A program made the translations under genes and the position numbers. Below, piece after piece: positions 59,380-64,000 of a stretch of 64,000 nucleotides of DNA (position 1 is the stretch's first letter; every line of letters begins with the position of its first letter). The DNA comes from an uncultured delta proteobacterium (GTDB lineage Bacteria; Desulfobacterota; RBG-13-43-22). The stretch covers positions 512,001 through 576,000 of the forward strand of contig CAWBOS010000006.1 in assembly GCA_963790475.1 (NCBI GenBank). Direction: 5' to 3'. A model generated the notes under the pieces. That model had not been told where the DNA came from and searched no databases. It saw only the letters and a program-made list of their open reading frames with translations.

Positions 59380-60977
59380 GGTTTATTGTTGTCAAGAGTT
59401 TTTTAAATATTATTAAACAAACTGGTAACTATCTTAGAGTGACACCTTGCCCAACTCTGGTAATTTGAGAGTCTCAACAGAGCTCTAACCTTGCTTTATT
59501 GGGGTTAAGGTGCAAGCGGAGAGTTATTTAAGCTCTGCGAGAAGGTCGACTTAGTCGCCTTAGATGCCGCAAACGATAATCTCTCCGCTTACACGCTAAG
59601 AAGGTCTAAGCAGCCAGTTTTAACGTTGCTCCTTTTGAATAATTTTCCATATATTCGTTATGATCACGCACCAAGGCAAAAATAACACCGAGAAGCTTCC
59701 GGGCAATGGCTACCAGGGCCTTGATCTTGGGCATTCCTTGATCCAGATGCCTTTGATAGGCCGTATGCATCACTCCCCCTTTTCGAACCGTATTGATAGC
59801 GGCAAAAAAGAGGATTTTCCTAAGAAGCGACCGGCCTCTTTTGGATATATGACGATTCCCTTGGTGCCTTCCAGAACTGATTTCAAAGAGGTTCAGTCCG
59901 GCCAACTTCAGGACTTCAGCCAGCGTATGAAATTTACGAAAATCCCCGACTTCTCCAATCAGTCCGGCGGTGGTAACCTCTCCTATCCCTTTCAAGGACA
60001 GAATCGAATGACTATAGGGGATCTCGGGAAGAAGGGCCGCCATCTCCTGTTCCGCCTTCTCAATAAACTGGTCAGAAGATTCAATCTCAGAAAGAAGTTC
60101 TCGTATCTCAAAAAGAATCGCCTTGCGGCCTTCTTGAAGACCTACGGAATGGCCAGCGGCCGCATAAAGGGCCGGGGCTCGCTCTTTATCCAGCTTCCCT
60201 CGGCTAACCCGTCTCAGCGTGGCCCTCAAGGTCCCAAGACCACATTGGATAATATCTTCCGGGCACGGATAATGCCGCAACAGATATTGGGCACTGCGGG
60301 TTTTAATATTCTTCATCACTTGCAGAAACTCGGGGAAGACAATAAAGACCAAATCCTGAATCTGGTTCAAAAGGCCCGTTCGTCTTCGTATGGCTCTCTC
60401 CCTGGCATGGGTCAGTCGGCGAAGTTCAGCTGCCGCGCCTTCGGGAATGACCACGGTAAGGGCATGACCCAGCTCAATAATATCCGCAATGACTTTGGGA
60501 TCTTTCCTATCCGTCTTATTGGGCGAGTTACCCTGGACTTCCTTCAACTTCTTCGTATGCATAGGATTAACCTGAACCAGTGTCACCGGCCGTTTCATCA
60601 GAAAATGTTGCAAGGGTTCTCCATAAGACCCGGTGGATTCAAAACCAACCACGATTTCTTCCAAGTGATTGGCCTCTTTGGCCTCAACCATCCGATTCCA
60701 AAATTTCGTAAATCCTTGATCATTATTGAAAAACTCAAAAGGTTTGATTTCCGTCCGGTCTGGACAGCGGCCATATCCCATATTGGTCGTTTTGCCTATG
60801 TCCACGGTACCGATAAGGGTTTTTTCATTGACCTTCTTAAGTTTTTTTGTTTCAATCTTATTCATGGCTATACTCCTTTCCTTGGTTTGGGTTTAACCAA
60901 CTTGCAAATTGGACCTCAAATCAAGAAAGAGTATAGCCTTTTTTGTACGGCTTAACTACTTTCTAAAATATAGCAAG
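59380..60977 (-). mobile_element. IS110-family element copy 2 (inverted)
   Basis: Same length (1598 bp) and identical protein; CT at 59378-59379 and 60978-60979. Confidence 0.93.
59606..60865 (-). CDS. IS110 family transposase
   Basis: Identical translation to 9585-10844. Confidence 0.95.
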   Translation of the reverse strand: MNKIETKKLKKVNEKTLIGTVDIGKTTNMGYGRCPDRTEIKPFEFFNNDQGFTKFWNRMVEAKEANHLEEIVVGFESTGSYGEPLQHFLMKRPVTLVQVNPMHTKKLKEVQGNSPNKTDRKDPKVIADIIELGHALTVVIPEGAAAELRRLTHARERAIRRRTGLLNQIQDLVFIVFPEFLQVMKNIKTRSAQYLLRHYPCPEDIIQCGLGTLRATLRRVSRGKLDKERAPALYAAAGHSVGLQEGRKAILFEIRELLSEIESSDQFIEKAEQEMAALLPEIPYSHSILSLKGIGEVTTAGLIGEVGDFRKFHTLAEVLKLAGLNLFEISSGRHQGNRHISKRGRSLLRKILFFAAINTVRKGGVMHTAYQRHLDQGMPKIKALVAIARKLLGVIFALVRDHNEYMENYSKGATLKLAA

Positions 60978-61274
60978 CTCTGCGGTGAATAAAATTTTGT
61001 TCCGGCTTGTCCGGGTTAGGGACTGCAAAGATCGTTTCAAAAACGCGTCGGTGTTTTGCCTTCATACCAAGCTCATAGCACTTTAACCTGGTTCGTGCAA
61101 GCAATATTTGATAGCGTAAAGTCCAAACAACCCGATAACGCTATGGAAAAATTATTACTTCAAATACACTAACTTCATGCCTACCAGTGAGAGATGCACA
61201 GCGGTCGTTTTCTTTTTCTCCTTGATCCGTCATTTCCCCTGTTTTATACTCTCTCCAATATCAAAGGAGAGCTT

Positions 61275-64000
61275 ATGACCAATCTTACAAAAAATTCCGA
61301 TACCTATTGGCCTCTCGGGATGCTCCCAGTCCTCGGCTCTACAATCCCCGAGAGCATGCAGGCCTTGACCATTCACCGAGACGAATACGGCCCTCCCAGC
61401 CAGGTGATCCGGATGGAAACAGTCCCCACTCCGCTCCTGAGGGATAACGATAGCGGTCGTGTTCTGGTGGCGATTCTGGCTCCGGACCCAATTACAACAC
61501 CAATTTTGCCGCTCTGGGACTTCCGGTCCCTGTTTTCGGCCGAGGTGATTCGGCTACCATCCATATTCCCGGAAGTGATGCCCTGGGGATCGTGGTTGAT
61601 GCCGGTTCCGCGGTCACCCGGGTCAAAGTCGGACAGGTGGTTATTCTGGACTCCTGGACCGGCCGAAGCATCCGAGGCTATGAAACCCATGACGGGTTTA
61701 ATGCCCAATTCGCCGTAGTCGATGAGGGACGGGCCATACCGGTCCCGGAATCTCTGCAAAGTCATTCTCCCGAGAGCCTGGCCGCCATGCTGCTGACTTA
61801 CGCAACGGCCTATCGGGCCATCGTTGAGCGGCTGAAAGTTCGGCCAGGTGAATCAGTGCTGATTATGGGCGGGGGAAAGGGAACCAGTTTTGCCGGCGCC
61901 CAATTGGCCAAAGCCATAGGGGCCCGGGTGATCCTTATGGGCTCCAATCCGACACTCGTCAACAGCTTGATTTCCCGGGGTCTGGCCGACGCCTTTGTGG
62001 ACCGCCGGGCTTTTGACCCGAATGTTTTTGGGGTCATCGACCAGAACCTTTCCTGGACCCAATGGGAGTCAAAGACCGAATCTTTTCGCCGGGCCGTTCG
62101 GCAAGCCAACAACGGCCACCTGGTGGATAAGGTATTCGAACATACCGGAGGAGCGAATTTCCCTTTGCTCATCTCCGCCCTGGCCCCCGGCGGCACACTG
62201 GCTTTCTTCGGGGCCACAGGCAAGGGGCTGAAAGGCGAGTACAAGGAGACCTTCTTCTATGAAGGCCGCCGTTTCGTCATGGATGCCCGCTGGGTCTGGA
62301 TGCGTCAGAAACAGATCCTTTTCCGCCGAGGGTCGGCCGAGCACATTTTAGAAGCGGCGGGTTTGCTTCCCGGCCGGAAGGTGCTGGTCTGGGGAGCCGA
62401 TCAATACGCCCGGCACTTTATCCGGGCCGCATTGAACCGGTCCGCCCAAGTGGCGGTTATCGCTTCGCAGACCAGGGAGAAAAAGGACATTTCCCGAGTG
62501 ATCCGCATGGGCATCCCTCCCGATCACATCCTCGATCGTGACGTTTTTGTGCTGCCTGCGGACATGCCCGACCCGCTGACCGAAAAAGGAGAACCCAATC
62601 CCGCCTATGGTCCGGAATATATGAGACATGCCCAGGCCCTCGGCAAGGCCCTGTGGACCCTGTTCGGTCCCCGGCAGAGCCCGGACCTGGTTGTGGAAAG
62701 GACCGACCAGAGCACCTTGCACTTCAGTACCTTTGTGGCCCGTGACTTTGATGAGAATGATGTGCAGCAGTGCGGCACTGTGGTGGTCCGGGGCAAATCC
62801 GATCTTACCATCCGCGGATCGCATATGTTTTCTTCCGCGCAGGCGGCCGATGTCGTTCGCCTGCTCGGCAGCGGAACGCTGGAGATGGAACAGGATGATC
62901 TGGAAATAACCGATCTGGCGGGGATTCCCGGCCTGCAACAGAAAATGTTGGACGGGGTTATGAAAAAGCCCAAAGGCGTAGCCCTGGTCCAGGCCGATCG
63001 TCCCGGCCGCACTATCGCCGGCTATGAATCGGCCTTCCGGGGAGAGGAGGTCATGGCGGCCGATCCGGCAGAAGATCGGTTGATCGACGTCCGGTTGATC
63101 AAAGGAGTGGCCGTGGTGACTCTCACCCGGCCTGAAGCGCTGAACGCCTTGAATGCGGCCCTGGTTTCCCAGTTGAGCGATCTGGTCCGAGAGGTCGCGG
63201 AGCATCAGACCATTTCCAACCGACCGGTAAAGGCCCTGGTTATCACCGGGGCCGGGCGGTCCTTTGTCGCCGGGGCCGACGTGAATGCCTTTCGAGGCAG
63301 CCCGGAAATTATCGGGGCCTTTGCCCGTAAAAACATTGCCGTATTTTCGGACCTGGAAAATCTCCCGATTCCGGTGATAGCCCTTGTTGACGGCTTCGGT
63401 CTGGGCGGGGGGAACGAGCTGGCCATGAGCGCCCACTACCGGATCGTTACTGAAAATGCCCGCCTGGGACAGCCGGAGGTCAAGCTGGGCATTATCCCCG
63501 GCTATGGAGGATTACAACGCCTGCCCCGGCTGATCGGCCCGATCAAGGCGGCGCAGATGTGCATCAATGGGGAGCCGATCGACAGCTATGAGGCCCTGGA
63601 AATAGGGTTGGCCGATGAACTCGTCCCCTCGGCAACAGCCCTGCCGCGGGCCATTGCCATAGCCCGGCAGTTCATTGAAGGGCAGCGGCGCATACCGCCC
63701 AAGGATTGGGATATCCGGGGAGAAAAACAAGGCGAAGAGCTTAAGGCCCTTTTATCCCGCCCCGTGGTTCGCGAGTTGATGGCCGCTCCGACGCCCAAGC
63801 AAAGCGAGGCCGGGGATCTGCGTGCTGTTCGTATGGCCTCGGCCCGCGATACTCTGGCGGCCATACAATATGGGTATGAGCACGGGTTCGAAGAGGGGTT
63901 AAGTAACGATGCCATACTCTTCGGCCGGATAGCCGCCTCCCCCGGGGGTCAGGAATGGATCGATCGTTTCCTGGCCAAGGACCCTCTTCAGGGCTCGTTT
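61275..64000 (+). CDS. Enoyl-CoA reductase/carboxylase (Ccr/Pcs-like MDR) fused to enoyl-CoA hydratase; frameshift near 61480; runs off the window
   Basis: After the shift: GPNYN, HIPGSDA.G.V, GYET, LTYATAYR, FEHTG, WMRQKQI, RGSH; then LTRPEALNAL, FVAGAD, LGGGNELA, GQPEVKLGIIPGYGG.QRLPRLIG. Confidence 0.85.

Noticed and set aside
62348-63436. 362-aa minus-strand ORF
   Set aside because: Antisense shadow of the plus-strand reductase-hydratase fusion.

Overview
Bacterial chromosomal window, probably from an anaerobic Desulfobacterota-like (deltaproteobacterial) organism; this is inferred from the gene content and intergenic repeat families. It mixes housekeeping and metabolic genes with decayed accessory islands. 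Main contents: (1) tRNA-Sec (selC, minus strand, 8121-8218) with a duplicated 3' half at 1887-1956, bounding a ~6.2 kb integrase-less island. The island holds integron-cassette relics (an HNH-WYL fusion gene, an attC site, a HEPN gene) and broken toxin-antitoxin (TA) modules. (2) Two apparently identical, inverted IS110-family elements (9473-11070 and 59380-60977), both inserted at the same AG dinucleotide of a ~190 bp palindromic repeat family. Their 226-nt right end folds into two stem-loops whose internal loops match the target and donor sequences (a readable bridge-RNA candidate), and their ends form a TTGACA-17-TATATT promoter on circularisation. (3) An IS1182 element, a TA array, a single-chain type IIG/ISP-like restriction-modification gene, a group IIC intron 5' fragment and an RX5H HEPN gene. 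(4) dusB, an ispH-UbiA fusion, mutS2, a PhlA/B/C/G-like cluster, a cytoplasmic molybdopterin oxidoreductase with an FeS subunit and lpdA, and an enoyl-CoA reductase/carboxylase-crotonase fusion that runs off the window end. At least six otherwise intact genes carry single-base frameshifts, mostly in homopolymers, which suggests long-read assembly errors. All family assignments come from motif recognition by eye; no database searches were run.
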